A program made the position numbers and the translations under genes. Source: an uncultured Aquificales bacterium (GTDB lineage: Bacteria; Thermosulfidibacterota; Thermosulfidibacteria; Thermosulfidibacterales; Thermosulfidibacteraceae). From it: a DNA stretch of 37,515 nucleotides. Positions 1 to 9,825 of the stretch are shown here, piece after piece (position 1 is the first letter of the stretch; every line of letters begins with the position of its first letter). Location: NCBI GenBank assembly GCA_964453345.1, contig CAYVOC010000007.1, positions 1 through 37,515 of the forward strand, in the 5' to 3' direction. Under the pieces are notes generated by a model. The model was not told the DNA's origin. It did not search any database and saw nothing but the letters and a program-made list of their open reading frames with translations.

Positions 1-136
1 CAAGAACCGCCTGTCTCTTTTCTATCTCCAGAAGCTTCTGGTAGATCATCTCATTGGTCACTCTAACTCCATCCCCGGCATGGGCAGAGCCGGCAAGGAT
101 TATCAGGAAAGCTAAAGAAAGCGTTAAATACCGCAC
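1..136 (-). CDS. Partial secreted/exported hypothetical protein, running off the window edge
   Basis: Not in the ORF track; read by hand. GTG at 136 follows a GGAGGTG SD (142-148, minus strand). It translates as MRYLTLSLAFLIILAGSAHA-GDGVRVTNEMIYQKLLEIEKRQAVL..., a typical signal peptide (AHA site) followed by coiled-coil-like sequence. Confidence 0.7.
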   Translation of the reverse strand, partial: MRYLTLSLAFLIILAGSAHAGDGVRVTNEMIYQKLLEIEKRQAVL

Positions 137-230
137 TCCCTCACCTCCGCCGAAAGGTGCCTCTGGGTATTAGGAAATACCACGCCGTTGGAAAATACAA
201 GTCCAGAGGCATTTCTGATCCAATCTATCA

Positions 231-995
231 TCAGTCCACGGGAAGCTTCAGGCCGTGGAGTTTGACGATGAGAAATAGCGTTAGGCCTGCGACGCCCATA
301 TGGATGAGGATCATGCTTGCAAGAACGACAAACTGGACCGCAGCTGCTCTTATGGGAAGGATTCCGGCCATTAGCAGTCCCACCATGACTCCGGGTATGT
401 GAACGATTCCCGCTGCCCTCAGGGTATCTATTATGGGCTTTGTTATGTGCTTTATCACCTCAACTACAAGATACTTAAACACCCTCGTTTCGGAAACCCC
501 CAGTGCCAGCATGCCCAGTATTATGTCCTGCTGGTTTTTGGTTATGTTCTCCCACTGGTCAAAGGCAAGGGAAAGGGTGCGCATGCCCGCAGCTGCCACG
601 ATGCCGCTCAGGGGAATAAGGCTGTTCGCCTCAAGCCTCATTATCCCGGCAGTATAATAGGCCACCAGAACAAAAGCGGAAACGCAGAGCATACCTGCAA
701 ATATGGGCAAAAACACTCCCTTATCTCTGTAGGCGGAGGGGCATCTTTTTCTGGCTATCAGGGCTCCGTTGAGGAAGAAGAGCAGCACAAGGGCGAAGTC
801 TAAGTAGAGCAATTTTAGTTTTAGAAGAACGAGGATAACGAAGGCCACTCCAATTAGCTGAGCCAAGGAGACAAGGGATGCCCATGCTATCTCCTTGAAC
901 ATTCCGGATTTTAGCTTCAGGTCGAGAAGTATAGCTGTGGCGATTATCAGGTATCCTGCAGCGGCTATTCTGAAGGCGGACAGATACTGGCTCAC
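231..995 (-). CDS. ABC transporter permease, FetB/YbbM (UPF0014) family
   Basis: Polytopic hydrophobic protein with family-like segments (SLAQLIGVAFVI, LIPLSGIV, GIVHIPGVMVGLLMAG, AAAVQF). Start moved from 1064 to the GTG at 995, which overlaps the upstream stop (GTGA). Confidence 0.75.
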   Translation of the reverse strand: MSQYLSAFRIAAAGYLIIATAILLDLKLKSGMFKEIAWASLVSLAQLIGVAFVILVLLKLKLLYLDFALVLLFFLNGALIARKRCPSAYRDKGVFLPIFAGMLCVSAFVLVAYYTAGIMRLEANSLIPLSGIVAAAGMRTLSLAFDQWENITKNQQDIILGMLALGVSETRVFKYLVVEVIKHITKPIIDTLRAAGIVHIPGVMVGLLMAGILPIRAAAVQFVVLASMILIHMGVAGLTLFLIVKLHGLKLPVD

Positions 996-2341
996 CTGCA
1001 ATACCTCAGCAGAACCTTGCTCACCCCGAATCTTCTGTAAAGCAGCCGGCAGTATTTTCTGCATTTCTCTTCATGGTCAAGCTTGCAGGAGGCAATCACA
1101 GCTCCCTTTAGGCAGGTTTCGTCAAGGGGTCTTTTACGCAGTAGCCTATTGTAATCCCGATCGTTAAACTTCTTTGACAGACACTCCTCAAAGATTTCCA
1201 GAGACTTTGCAACAAGGGGATCCGAGCCATCCTTTATCCCGGAGATTCCGGCAATCTTGTAGGCCACATAGTAGTCTTCCCTGGCCCTTATAGCCTTGAT
1301 GGCCATCTGTTGCGCCATGTAGTAATCTTCCAGTTTGTAGTAGGCGTAGGCGGCAAGGGTATATATTTTGCAGATAAATGCGGGTTCTGAGTCGGACGGC
1401 AGGCTACGTATTACCAACTCTATGATCTTCTGCGCCTCATCGTATTTGTCCTTGTTGGCCAGAATGACGGCCCTTTCCATTTTCCCAAGGAGATCCGCCC
1501 TCACATAGGCCCATCTTTTAAGCCATGGGAAGTTTCCCCTGTTGAGAACGCCTGTAGGCGCATAGTCTGCGGCTTTGAATTTGAGTTCCATAACCCTCTT
1601 CTGGGTTCCCGGGTGATCCGCAAAGATTCGCTGCAAAAAGCCGAAAAATCCCGCACTTTTGGGATCTATGCCCAGGTTTTTCAGATACTTTCTCGTGCAG
1701 TTTTCCACCTGCATAAGGGCAGCGTAGGATTGGGAGGGATTGTATCCGGCAAGGGCCATGTATTTAAGTCCCTGGGCGTCGGCTATCAGCTCCTGGGATC
1801 TGGAGTAGGATGCTATGTATGCAGAAGCCGCAATATCCCCTATGGCCTTGGGGATGGATCCCGCGTATACGCCAAGGATCTGGGTGCCCACCGATAACAG
1901 AACGCTCTGGGTGTATTTTTCGGCGGTGTGTCTTGCAGCCACATGCCCAAGCTCGTGTCCGAGAACGAAGGCAAGCTGAGCCTCGTTCTCCATGCAAGCT
2001 ATAAGACCGACGTTTACGACTATGTATCCCGGAACGGACCAGGCGTTGGGAACAGCGGACATGGCGATGGCAACCTGGACGGGCATGGATCCTGCCCTCT
2101 CATAAAAGGGCATGAAGCTGTTCACTATTTTCTGGAGGTATTCAACCGCAGGACCGGATTTTACGAAGCATCCCTCCTCCAAGGTCTCTTTATTTATTTT
2201 TAAGAAGGATAGGGTTCCTATGTATCTCTCCTTCCCCGTGCTGAGAAGGATGAGTTCTCTTTTTCTCGTTACAGGATTTACCGCACAGCCGATAATAAGG
2301 GAGAAGGTTATCAGAAGAAGGGCCTTAGCCCTTGTCTCCAT
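992..2341 (-). CDS. M48 family zinc metallopeptidase lipoprotein (BepA/YfgC-like) with TPR-like C-terminus
   Basis: Lipobox LIIG-C followed by AVNPVT; PNAWSVPG; zinc motif HELGH; SRSQELIAD (third ligand Glu); DHP; TPR-like helices. Start taken at ATG 2341. Confidence 0.85.
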   Translation of the reverse strand: METRAKALLLITFSLIIGCAVNPVTRKRELILLSTGKERYIGTLSFLKINKETLEEGCFVKSGPAVEYLQKIVNSFMPFYERAGSMPVQVAIAMSAVPNAWSVPGYIVVNVGLIACMENEAQLAFVLGHELGHVAARHTAEKYTQSVLLSVGTQILGVYAGSIPKAIGDIAASAYIASYSRSQELIADAQGLKYMALAGYNPSQSYAALMQVENCTRKYLKNLGIDPKSAGFFGFLQRIFADHPGTQKRVMELKFKAADYAPTGVLNRGNFPWLKRWAYVRADLLGKMERAVILANKDKYDEAQKIIELVIRSLPSDSEPAFICKIYTLAAYAYYKLEDYYMAQQMAIKAIRAREDYYVAYKIAGISGIKDGSDPLVAKSLEIFEECLSKKFNDRDYNRLLRKRPLDETCLKGAVIASCKLDHEEKCRKYCRLLYRRFGVSKVLLRYCR

Positions 2342-3869
2342 AGCCACCCCCTCCCGGGGTTTCAATCACAACTTCGGCTCCCTCTGGCAGCCTATCCGAG
2401 AAGATTCCCCCCACCCTTTTCCTCTTGCCCTTGAGGACAATGGCGTTTGAACCGCAGGCTCCCTCCCCTCCCCCGGAGAGTCCGTAGGGTCCCCTTTTTC
2501 TCCTCTGGGATATGATGGTGACGGTGGCATCTGTAAGGAGCCGGATCCTTCTCACTATGCCATCCCCTCCCCTGTGGACGCCAGCTCCCCCGGATCCTTT
2601 CCTTATCCTGTATTCCTCAACCCTCAAAGGATAGGCAAACTCGAGGGCCTCTATGGGGGTATTCATGGTGTTGGTCATATGGGAATGGACGGCGCTCTCC
2701 CCGTCCCACGATGGGCCGGCACCCATTCCCCCGCCTATGGTCTCGTAGTAAACGAAGGGTGGATCATCGCTTCCTATGATGAGATTGTTCATGGTGCCCT
2801 GGGATGCGGCGGGTATCCTGTCCGGTATGGCCTTGGAAAGCGCCCCGAGGACAACATCCACTATCCTCTGGGATGTCTCAACGTTTCCGCCTGCAATGGC
2901 GGAGGGCTTTTGCGCATCGACAATGCTTCCCTTTCTGGTGATCACCCTTACGGGCCTGAGCAGTCCCTGGTTGGTGGGGATATCCTCGGGCAGGAGGGTT
3001 CTTATGGCGTATAGAACGCAGGAGACGGTGATGCTTCTTGTGGCGTTGAGCATGCCGGGGACCTGGGGCGAGCTTTCGGAGAAGTCCACCGTCATTTCAT
3101 CGCCCTCAATCGAGATCCTCACCCTTATGGGTATCGCCTCCCCCCTTTCCCCTTCAAGGTGATCCTCGAAGGTGTAGATCCCATCGGGGATCTCCCCTAT
3201 GAAGGATCGAACCATTCTCTCCGTATATCTGATCACCTCATCAACGCACTTCAGAACAAAGTCTTTGCCGTATCGGTTTAAAACCTCCTTTATGCGTTCC
3301 TTGCCCCTGAGGTTTGCTGCAACCTGCGCCTCAAGATCCCCCTTCCTTTCCCAGGGAGTCCTGACATTTGCAAGAATCAATTTGAGAAGATCCTCGTCCA
3401 CTTTGCCGCCCTTCACAAGCTTCACAGGGGGTATTATCAGCCCCTCCTGGAAGATGCTTGTGGACATGGGCATGGATCCAGGCGCCATGCCCCCCACATC
3501 GGCGTGATGGGCCCGGTTGGCCACATAAAAGAGCAGCTCCCCTCTCCAGTATACCGGCGCCACCAGGGTGATATCGGGAAGGTGGGTTCCCCCGCTGAAG
3601 GGGTCGTTCAGGGCACCCATATCCCCTTCCCTCAGATCAAGCTCCTCTATGACGGATGCGGTGGAAAAGGGCATGGATCCCAGATGCACCGGGATGTGGG
3701 AGGCCTGGGCGATCATCTCCCCTTTAGATGTGAAGATGGCGCAGGAGTAATCCCTCCTCTCCTTTATGTTGGGGGAGAAGGCGGTTCTGCACAGAACCTT
3801 TCCCATTTCCTCAGCTATCGAGGAAAGTATGTTTATGAAGATTCTCAGGGATACGGGATCAATCCTCAT
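2325..3869 (-). CDS. Hydantoinase B/5-oxoprolinase family subunit (HyuB-like)
   Basis: Motifs SPNIKERRDYSCA, HIPVHLGS, NDPFSGGTHLPD, RAHHADVGG, GTMNN, HSHMTNT and TPGGGGYG. Confidence 0.92.
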   Translation of the reverse strand: MRIDPVSLRIFINILSSIAEEMGKVLCRTAFSPNIKERRDYSCAIFTSKGEMIAQASHIPVHLGSMPFSTASVIEELDLREGDMGALNDPFSGGTHLPDITLVAPVYWRGELLFYVANRAHHADVGGMAPGSMPMSTSIFQEGLIIPPVKLVKGGKVDEDLLKLILANVRTPWERKGDLEAQVAANLRGKERIKEVLNRYGKDFVLKCVDEVIRYTERMVRSFIGEIPDGIYTFEDHLEGERGEAIPIRVRISIEGDEMTVDFSESSPQVPGMLNATRSITVSCVLYAIRTLLPEDIPTNQGLLRPVRVITRKGSIVDAQKPSAIAGGNVETSQRIVDVVLGALSKAIPDRIPAASQGTMNNLIIGSDDPPFVYYETIGGGMGAGPSWDGESAVHSHMTNTMNTPIEALEFAYPLRVEEYRIRKGSGGAGVHRGGDGIVRRIRLLTDATVTIISQRRKRGPYGLSGGGEGACGSNAIVLKGKRKRVGGIFSDRLPEGAEVVIETPGGGGYGDKG

Positions 3870-5832
3870 GCTCTTTCTCCATGATCATGTTGCCAAAGCC
3901 GTCCACACGAAGAAGAAATCCCTCCGGGACAAAGCAGGTGGAGGAATACTCAACCACTACCGCGGGGCCGGTTATGATGTTTCCGGCAAGAAGTTCTTCT
4001 CTTTTATACACCTTTGCCTCTGTGAATTTACCATCCGCCCAGATCCTTCTGGTTCCGACGAAGGATTCCCTTGGCGGATCGGGACTCCCCTTGGGGATTT
4101 TTGGGAAATCGGGCTTCTCCGTTCTGCCCACGGCAAGGAGGGTCAGATTCACCACTTCCACTTCCGCATCCGAGGGAACGTATCCGTAAAGTTTTCTGTA
4201 TCTCTCCATGAATGCGCTTCTGTAGTCCTCCGAAAAGGGAACCTCAACCTCGTAGGACTGTCCCGCGAACCTGCACTGAAGATTCTCAAGGATCAGAAAG
4301 TCGCTGAATCCCTCGGCCTCCATATCCACTGTCGCCCTCTCGCGAAGCTCCGCAAAGGCCTCTTTAAGCTGTTCCGCTTCCGGTTCCCTCAGCATCACCG
4401 TCAGCGAGTAGTCCCTTACGGTGTCTGCAAGAATCATCCCGATGGCGGAAAATATGCCGGGGTATCTCGGAACGAGGACCCTTTTTATGTTCAGGGATCG
4501 GGCGAGCATGGCGCCGTGGAGGGCCCCTGCACCCCCGAAGACCACTAAGGTGTAATCCCTGGGATCGTGCCCCCTCTCAACGGAGACAACCCTTATGGCA
4601 GCCTCCATGTTGGAGTTTGCAACCGATATGATCCCCTCGGCCAGCTCCAGGGTGTCCATCCCGGCCCTTCTGGCAAGCTCTTCCATATAGGGCTTCACCC
4701 TTTCGGGGAAGAGCTTCATCCCTCCCCCGAGGAAATACTCCGGGATGAGCCTGCCCAAAAAGAGATGAGCATCGGTTATGGTCACCTGATCGCCCCTGCC
4801 GTAGCATATGGGGCCGGGATCGGCGCCTGCGCTTTCGGGGCCTACTCGCAGGGAACCACCTGCATCGATCCTGGCTATGGATCCGCCGCCGGCCCCTATG
4901 GTGTGGATATCTATGACAGGGATCCCAACGGGAAGGCCACCTATTTTGTATTCTGTGGTCAACCTCTCCCTGCCGCCGTGTATGAGGGAGACATCCGTTG
5001 AGGTTCCACCCATATCCAAGGTTATGAGGTTCTTCTCCCCCACCAAACTCCCCAGAAACTTTGCGGCCACCACCCCTCCCGCAGGACCAGAGAGGATGGT
5101 TCTGACCGCCTCCTTCGATGCCTTAGACACGGAGATGATTCCCCCGTTTGACTGCATAACCCTCACGGTTCCGCCGCCGAGTCTTTTCTCAAGCAATCCG
5201 AGGTATCCTTCCATCTTGGGAGCAACGTAGGCGTTTATGACGGTGGTGCTGGTCCTCTCATACTCCCTGAAGACGGGAAGGATCTCGCAAGAAGGATAGA
5301 CCCTGAATCCCGCCCTTCTGAGGATATCCGCCACGGCAGCCTCGTGCTCCTTGTGCAAAAAGCAGAACAGGAAACAGACAGCCACAGCCTCAACGCCGAG
5401 TTCCTTGAGCTTCAGGGCAAGCTCCCCTATCTCTGAAGGATCGATCTCATCCACAACCCTGCCCTTAGAGTCCACCCTCCCCTTCACCCCGAATCTCAGC
5501 TCCTTAGGGACCAGAGGCTCCGGTTTTCTGTATCGGAGATCGTAAATCCTTTCCCTGTTCTGCCTCTGTATCTCTATCACATCCTCAAGGCCCCTGTTGG
5601 TGACCAGGGCAACCCTGGCTCCCTTCCTTTCAAGGAGGGTGTTTGTGGCGACCGTGGATCCGTGAATGATCCTGAAGGGTTCACCATCTTCCACGATTTG
5701 CTTCACTCCATGGACAACCGCCTGGGAAGGATCGCGTGGAGTTGACGGCACCTTCAGGATCCTGAAGCTGCCATCCTCAACATAGACGAAGTCGGTGAAG
5801 GTTCCTCCAGTGTCCACACCTATCAGCTTCAT
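3859..5832 (-). CDS. Hydantoinase A/5-oxoprolinase family ATP-binding subunit (HyuA-like)
   Basis: Motifs [62 protein letters not shown] and FGGAG. Confidence 0.92.
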   Translation of the reverse strand: MKLIGVDTGGTFTDFVYVEDGSFRILKVPSTPRDPSQAVVHGVKQIVEDGEPFRIIHGSTVATNTLLERKGARVALVTNRGLEDVIEIQRQNRERIYDLRYRKPEPLVPKELRFGVKGRVDSKGRVVDEIDPSEIGELALKLKELGVEAVAVCFLFCFLHKEHEAAVADILRRAGFRVYPSCEILPVFREYERTSTTVINAYVAPKMEGYLGLLEKRLGGGTVRVMQSNGGIISVSKASKEAVRTILSGPAGGVVAAKFLGSLVGEKNLITLDMGGTSTDVSLIHGGRERLTTEYKIGGLPVGIPVIDIHTIGAGGGSIARIDAGGSLRVGPESAGADPGPICYGRGDQVTITDAHLFLGRLIPEYFLGGGMKLFPERVKPYMEELARRAGMDTLELAEGIISVANSNMEAAIRVVSVERGHDPRDYTLVVFGGAGALHGAMLARSLNIKRVLVPRYPGIFSAIGMILADTVRDYSLTVMLREPEAEQLKEAFAELRERATVDMEAEGFSDFLILENLQCRFAGQSYEVEVPFSEDYRSAFMERYRKLYGYVPSDAEVEVVNLTLLAVGRTEKPDFPKIPKGSPDPPRESFVGTRRIWADGKFTEAKVYKREELLAGNIITGPAVVVEYSSTCFVPEGFLLRVDGFGNMIMEKEHED

Positions 5833-6284
5833 CTATACCTCTTCATCGCCCTTTCCGCTTCCCTTTCAAGGATGCGCCGCTTTATGCTTTCCCTCTTGTC
5901 GTAAAGCTTCTTACCCCTTGCGAGGGCAAGCTCAACCTTGGCCCAGCCCCTGTCGTTGAAGTAGACCTTCAGGGGAATAAGGGTCAGTCCCCTTTCGGCC
6001 ACCCTTCCCGCAAGCCTCTTTATCTCGTGCTTGTGCAAAAGCAGCTTTTTGGGCCTGTCCGGATCCGGCGTGAATACCGAAGACTGTTTGTAGGGCGGAA
6101 TGTGAAAGTTATACAGCCACACCTCGCCGTTCTCCACCCTGGCAAAGGCGTCCCTTATGCTGCCCTTGCCCTCCCTCAGGGATTTCACTTCGCTGCCCTT
6201 AAGCTCTATGCCCGCTTCATAGGTCTCGAGTATCTCGTAGTCGTGCTTAGCCTTCCTGTTGACCGTCACTATCTTCACCGCCAA
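5829..6284 (-). CDS. smpB: SsrA-binding protein SmpB
   Basis: Motifs [32 protein letters not shown] and [11 protein letters not shown]. The start is TTG 6284 or GTG 6278. Confidence 0.97.
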   Translation of the reverse strand: MAVKIVTVNRKAKHDYEILETYEAGIELKGSEVKSLREGKGSIRDAFARVENGEVWLYNFHIPPYKQSSVFTPDPDRPKKLLLHKHEIKRLAGRVAERGLTLIPLKVYFNDRGWAKVELALARGKKLYDKRESIKRRILEREAERAMKRYR

Positions 6285-8685
6285 CCCCCAGAGGCTTGGT
6301 AAAGGCTATTTTAAGAACCTCATCCATGTGTTCAACGGGGTGGAATTTTAAATCCCTCTTCGCATATGCCGGCAGTTCCTCAAGATCCCTCAGGTTCTTT
6401 TTGGGGATGATGATCTCATAGATCCCGGCCCTTCTTGCCGCAAGCGCCTTTTCCCTAAGCCCTCCTATGGGAAGGACCCTGCCCCTCAGGGTTATCTCCC
6501 CCGTCATGGCCACATCGTTCCTCACGGGAACGCCTGTCAGGGCAGAGACCAAGGCTGTTGCTATGGTTATACCGGCGGAGGGGCCGTCCTTGGGAATGGC
6601 GCCGGCCGGAACATGTATGTGTATGTCGTTTTTGTAGTAAAAGTCCTCATCTATCCCTAAGGCCTTTGCCCTGCTCCTCACGTAGGATACTGCCGCCTGG
6701 GCGGACTCCTTCATCACATCCCCGAGCTGTCCCGTGAGGATCAGCTTGCCCTTGCCCTTAACAACGGCCACCTCGATGTGCATGATCTCACCGCCCGTGG
6801 GCGTCCATGCAAGCCCCACGGCCACGCCCGGCTCCTTCCCGTCGGGCTTCTCCTCCTCCGGAAGATACTTGGGGGGACCGAGGAACTTCTCAACGGTTCT
6901 GGTGGTCACCCTGAAGGGACCCTCTTCACCCTCCGCCTTTCTCCTGGCGATCTTTCTGAAGATGGAGGCTATCTGCTTCTCAAGGTTTCTGAGTCCAGCC
7001 TCCCTGGTGTAGTGCCTTATTATGTGGACGATGGCCCCCTCGGATATGCTAACCTCCTCCTTTTTCAACCCGCACTCCTTAAGTTGCCTCGGAATAATGT
7101 AGTTTTTAGCTATCTCAAGCTTGTCCTCTTCGGTGTATCCCGGAATCTCTATAACCTCCATTCTGTCAAGCAGGGGAGCGGGTATGGTGTGAAGCACATT
7201 GGCGGTGCAGATAAAGAGCACCCTGGAAAGATCAAAGGGAACGCCGAGATAGTGATCCACAAAGGAGTGGTTCTGTTCGGGATCAAGCACCTCGAGCAGG
7301 GCGGAGGCTGGATCCCCTTTGAAGTCAACTCCCAGCTTATCTATTTCATCGAGCATGAAGACCGGGTTGTTGGTTCCCGCCTGCTTTATCCCCTGTATGA
7401 TCTTTCCGGGAAGGGCTCCCACATAGGTTCTCCTGTGTCCCCTTATCTCCGCTTCGTCCCGAACGCCTCCCAAGGAGACCCTCACGAACCTTCTGCCCAT
7501 GGCCCTCGCTATGGATTTGCCAAGGGAGGTTTTGCCAACACCAGGGGGTCCCACAAAGCAGAGGATGGCCCCCTTGGCGTCCTTCTGCTTGCTCTGTTTC
7601 TTCAGCTTTAAAACGCTCAGATACTCAAGGATCCTCTCCTTAACCTTCTCAAGATCGTAGTGATCCTCATCCAGGATCCTTTTGGCCTCCTTTATGTCAA
7701 GCCTGTCCCTGGTGCTCCTCTTCCAGGGAAGCTCCACCAGCCACTCAAGGTAGGTTCTGACAACAGCCGCCTCCGCGGAATCCGGATGCATCTTTGCAAG
7801 GCGCCTCAGCTGCTTTTCAGCCTCCTTTCTGACCTCCGGCGGCATCTTCGCCTTCTCTATCTTCTTCTGAAACTCCTCTATCTCTTCCTGGCGCTCGTCC
7901 TTTTCCCCCAGCTCCTTCTGGATGGCCTTGAGCTGCTCCCTCAGGAAATACTCCCTCTGGGCCCTGTTCATCTCCTCCCTGGCCTCGCTCTGGATCTTCT
8001 GCTGGAGGGTCAGAAGCTCCACCTCCCTGAGCAGATAGTGGACAACCCTCTTGAGCCTGACCTCAGGATCGATAATCTCAAGGATCTCCTGGGCTTCAGA
8101 GGTTTTGAGATTCAGCTGGGGCGCCACCATGTCTGCAAGCTTCCCCGGATCGTCGATGGAGCTCAAAAGGGCGACGGCCTCCGGGGGAATGGGCTTGCCC
8201 AAGGACGGGAGCTTCTCCAGATTCTCCTTGACAAGCCTTAAGTGGGCCTCGGTCTCCATGGAAAGCTCGGAAACGGTCCTTTCGGGAAGGGGCCTTATCT
8301 TCACCTTTATAAAGGGAGTGAACTGCAAAAACTCCTCTATCCTTGCCCTGGCTATGCCCTGAACGATTATCTTTATCCTGTCATCCGAAGTCTTGACCAT
8401 CCTCATGATCATACAGACGGTCCCTATGTGGTAAACATCCTCCGAGCCCGGCTGCTCCACCTGGGGATCCTTCTGGGCGGTTATGAAGATCAACCTATCC
8501 TTGGAAAGCGCCTCGTTAACAGCGTTGATGGATATGTCCCTTCCCACAAGAAGGGGCATAAGCATGAGGGGAAAGACCACCACATCCCTTGTGGGAAGCA
8601 GCGGCAGCTCCGAAGGTATCTGTATGTTGAAACCCTCTGCCTGCTGATCCTTGCTGTCCGGTGTCCAGATAATTCCGTCCATCAC
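6247..8685 (-). CDS. lon: ATP-dependent protease La (LonA)
   Basis: LON N-domain, Walker [21 protein letters not shown], Walker B MLDEIDK, catalytic PKDGPSAG and GGLREK. The start is GTG 8685 or ATG 8682. Confidence 0.97.
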   Translation of the reverse strand: MMDGIIWTPDSKDQQAEGFNIQIPSELPLLPTRDVVVFPLMLMPLLVGRDISINAVNEALSKDRLIFITAQKDPQVEQPGSEDVYHIGTVCMIMRMVKTSDDRIKIIVQGIARARIEEFLQFTPFIKVKIRPLPERTVSELSMETEAHLRLVKENLEKLPSLGKPIPPEAVALLSSIDDPGKLADMVAPQLNLKTSEAQEILEIIDPEVRLKRVVHYLLREVELLTLQQKIQSEAREEMNRAQREYFLREQLKAIQKELGEKDERQEEIEEFQKKIEKAKMPPEVRKEAEKQLRRLAKMHPDSAEAAVVRTYLEWLVELPWKRSTRDRLDIKEAKRILDEDHYDLEKVKERILEYLSVLKLKKQSKQKDAKGAILCFVGPPGVGKTSLGKSIARAMGRRFVRVSLGGVRDEAEIRGHRRTYVGALPGKIIQGIKQAGTNNPVFMLDEIDKLGVDFKGDPASALLEVLDPEQNHSFVDHYLGVPFDLSRVLFICTANVLHTIPAPLLDRMEVIEIPGYTEEDKLEIAKNYIIPRQLKECGLKKEEVSISEGAIVHIIRHYTREAGLRNLEKQIASIFRKIARRKAEGEEGPFRVTTRTVEKFLGPPKYLPEEEKPDGKEPGVAVGLAWTPTGGEIMHIEVAVVKGKGKLILTGQLGDVMKESAQAAVSYVRSRAKALGIDEDFYYKNDIHIHVPAGAIPKDGPSAGITIATALVSALTGVPVRNDVAMTGEITLRGRVLPIGGLREKALAARRAGIYEIIIPKKNLRDLEELPAYAKRDLKFHPVEHMDEVLKIAFTKPLGVGGEDSDGQQEG

Positions 8686-9011
8686 TCCCCCTCCAGTTCA
8701 ACCCTGTGGGTCTTCTTGTTTATTATCACCTTCAAGACCCCCTTCCCCATAACGGCCTTTATGTTCTTCTCATCCGGGACAAAGGGCAGCCTCACAACCC
8801 TTCTGAAGGGGCCGGAGAACCTCTCAATTCTTAAGAACCTCACTCCCTCCAGGCCGTAGGGACTTCCCTTGGTCCCCTCAATTATGAGCCTGTTGCCGTC
8901 CCTCACTATCCTGACCATTGACCTATCGACCTCCGGAAGTTCAATCTCCACAAAGACCGCATCCTCGGTTTCGTAAACATCCATAGGGGGCTTCCACTCA
9001 TCCCAGAACAT
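8682..9011 (-). CDS. Hsp20/alpha-crystallin family small heat-shock protein
   Basis: Motifs [25 protein letters not shown] and GVLKV. ATG 9011 follows a GGAGGG SD (the ORF track uses TTG 9023). Confidence 0.9.
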   Translation of the reverse strand: MFWDEWKPPMDVYETEDAVFVEIELPEVDRSMVRIVRDGNRLIIEGTKGSPYGLEGVRFLRIERFSGPFRRVVRLPFVPDEKNIKAVMGKGVLKVIINKKTHRVELEGE

Positions 9012-9040
9012 ATTGCCCTCCAATCTTCTGACTTAAGCCT

Positions 9041-9069
9041 ATATTAAGCCCACAATCACCTTTAAACAA
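9041..9069 (-). promoter_or_regulatory. Putative sigma70-type promoter for the hsp20-lon operon
   Basis: The minus strand reads TTGTTT-N17-TAATAT, ending 30 nt upstream of the hsp20 ATG. Confidence 0.55.
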
Positions 9070-9090
9070 CCTGCTCCGACCGGAAGAATC

Positions 9091-9106
9091 TGGCATATCC
9101 TTTGCT
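9091..9106 (+). promoter_or_regulatory. Sigma54 (RpoN) -24/-12 promoter for flgD-flgE
   Basis: TGGCATATCCTTTGCT has exact GG-N10-GC spacing and matches TGGCAC-N5-TTGC. It lies 25 nt upstream of the flgD ATG, which has a GGGAGGTG SD. Confidence 0.85.
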
Positions 9107-9131
9107 AAAAGCTGGAAACGGGAGGTGAAAG

Positions 9132-9803
9132 ATGGCGGTGATAGACAAGGTTTCAGCGGTTGGTGTTTATCCTTCGGCCCCCGAGGGTGTCCAGCTGAAG
9201 GGCGGAAAGGACCAGATGCTCGGCAAGGATGATTTTCTGAAGATACTCATAACAGAACTCACCCATCAGGACCCCTTAGAACCTCTGAAGGACAGGGAGA
9301 TGATCGCCCAGATGGCCCAGCTGAGCCAGCTTGAGCAGATAACCCAGTTCACCCACTCGGTGGACAAAATGTTTGACAACATAAACAGCATGCTCAACGC
9401 ATACAAGACCCTTCAGGCCTCCAGCATGGTGGGGAGATGGGTGAAGATGGAGGGCCTTCCCACCCTCGTCGTGAAGGATGGAGAGATCATGCCCGTCTCC
9501 TTTGAGCTGCCCGATGACGCAGATGTTGCCGTTAAGATCTACGACTCTCAGGGCAACGTGGTTCATCAGGAGGAGCTGGGTCCCATGGAGAAGGGACTGC
9601 ATCTGTTCAACCCTGATACTGATCTTGCGGATGGAACATACACGGTCACCTTCACTGCAAGGGACAGCAGCGGGAACGATCTCACCGTCAAGGTGTTTGG
9701 ATGGGACAAGGTGGTTGAAATCGAAAGATCCGATCAGGAAGTGAGGCTGATCACAGAATCCGGAAAAACGGGCACCTTAGATGGGGTTGTAGCCTTTAGA
9801 TAA
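9132..9803 (+). CDS. flgD: Flagellar hook capping protein FlgD
   Basis: LGKDDFLKILITELTHQDPLEP...AQMAQLSQLEQ, followed by an Ig/Tudor-like C-terminus; precedes flgE. Confidence 0.95.
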   Translation: MAVIDKVSAVGVYPSAPEGVQLKGGKDQMLGKDDFLKILITELTHQDPLEPLKDREMIAQMAQLSQLEQITQFTHSVDKMFDNINSMLNAYKTLQASSMVGRWVKMEGLPTLVVKDGEIMPVSFELPDDADVAVKIYDSQGNVVHQEELGPMEKGLHLFNPDTDLADGTYTVTFTARDSSGNDLTVKVFGWDKVVEIERSDQEVRLITESGKTGTLDGVVAFR

Positions 9804-9825
9804 AAAATTTTTAGGAGGTATAGAG

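Noticed and set aside
231..1064. Permease start at 1064 as given by the ORF track
   Set aside because: It would overlap the M48 gene by 73 nt; GTG 995 gives standard GTGA coupling.
5829..6284. tmRNA (ssrA) gene or integrated element near smpB
   Set aside because: Both flanks of smpB overlap coding genes, leaving no room; no integrase was seen.
6778..8859. Long plus-strand ORFs opposite lon (and opposite the hydantoinase genes)
   Set aside because: Antisense shadows of conserved genes with no recognisable motifs.
9024..9131. CIRCE or CtsR heat-shock operator
   Set aside because: No TTAGCACTC-N9-GAGTGCTAA or GGTCAAA repeats are present.
9800..9815. AAAAATTTTT palindrome between flgD and flgE
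   Set aside because: An AT-only spacer before the SD, too weak to form a terminator.
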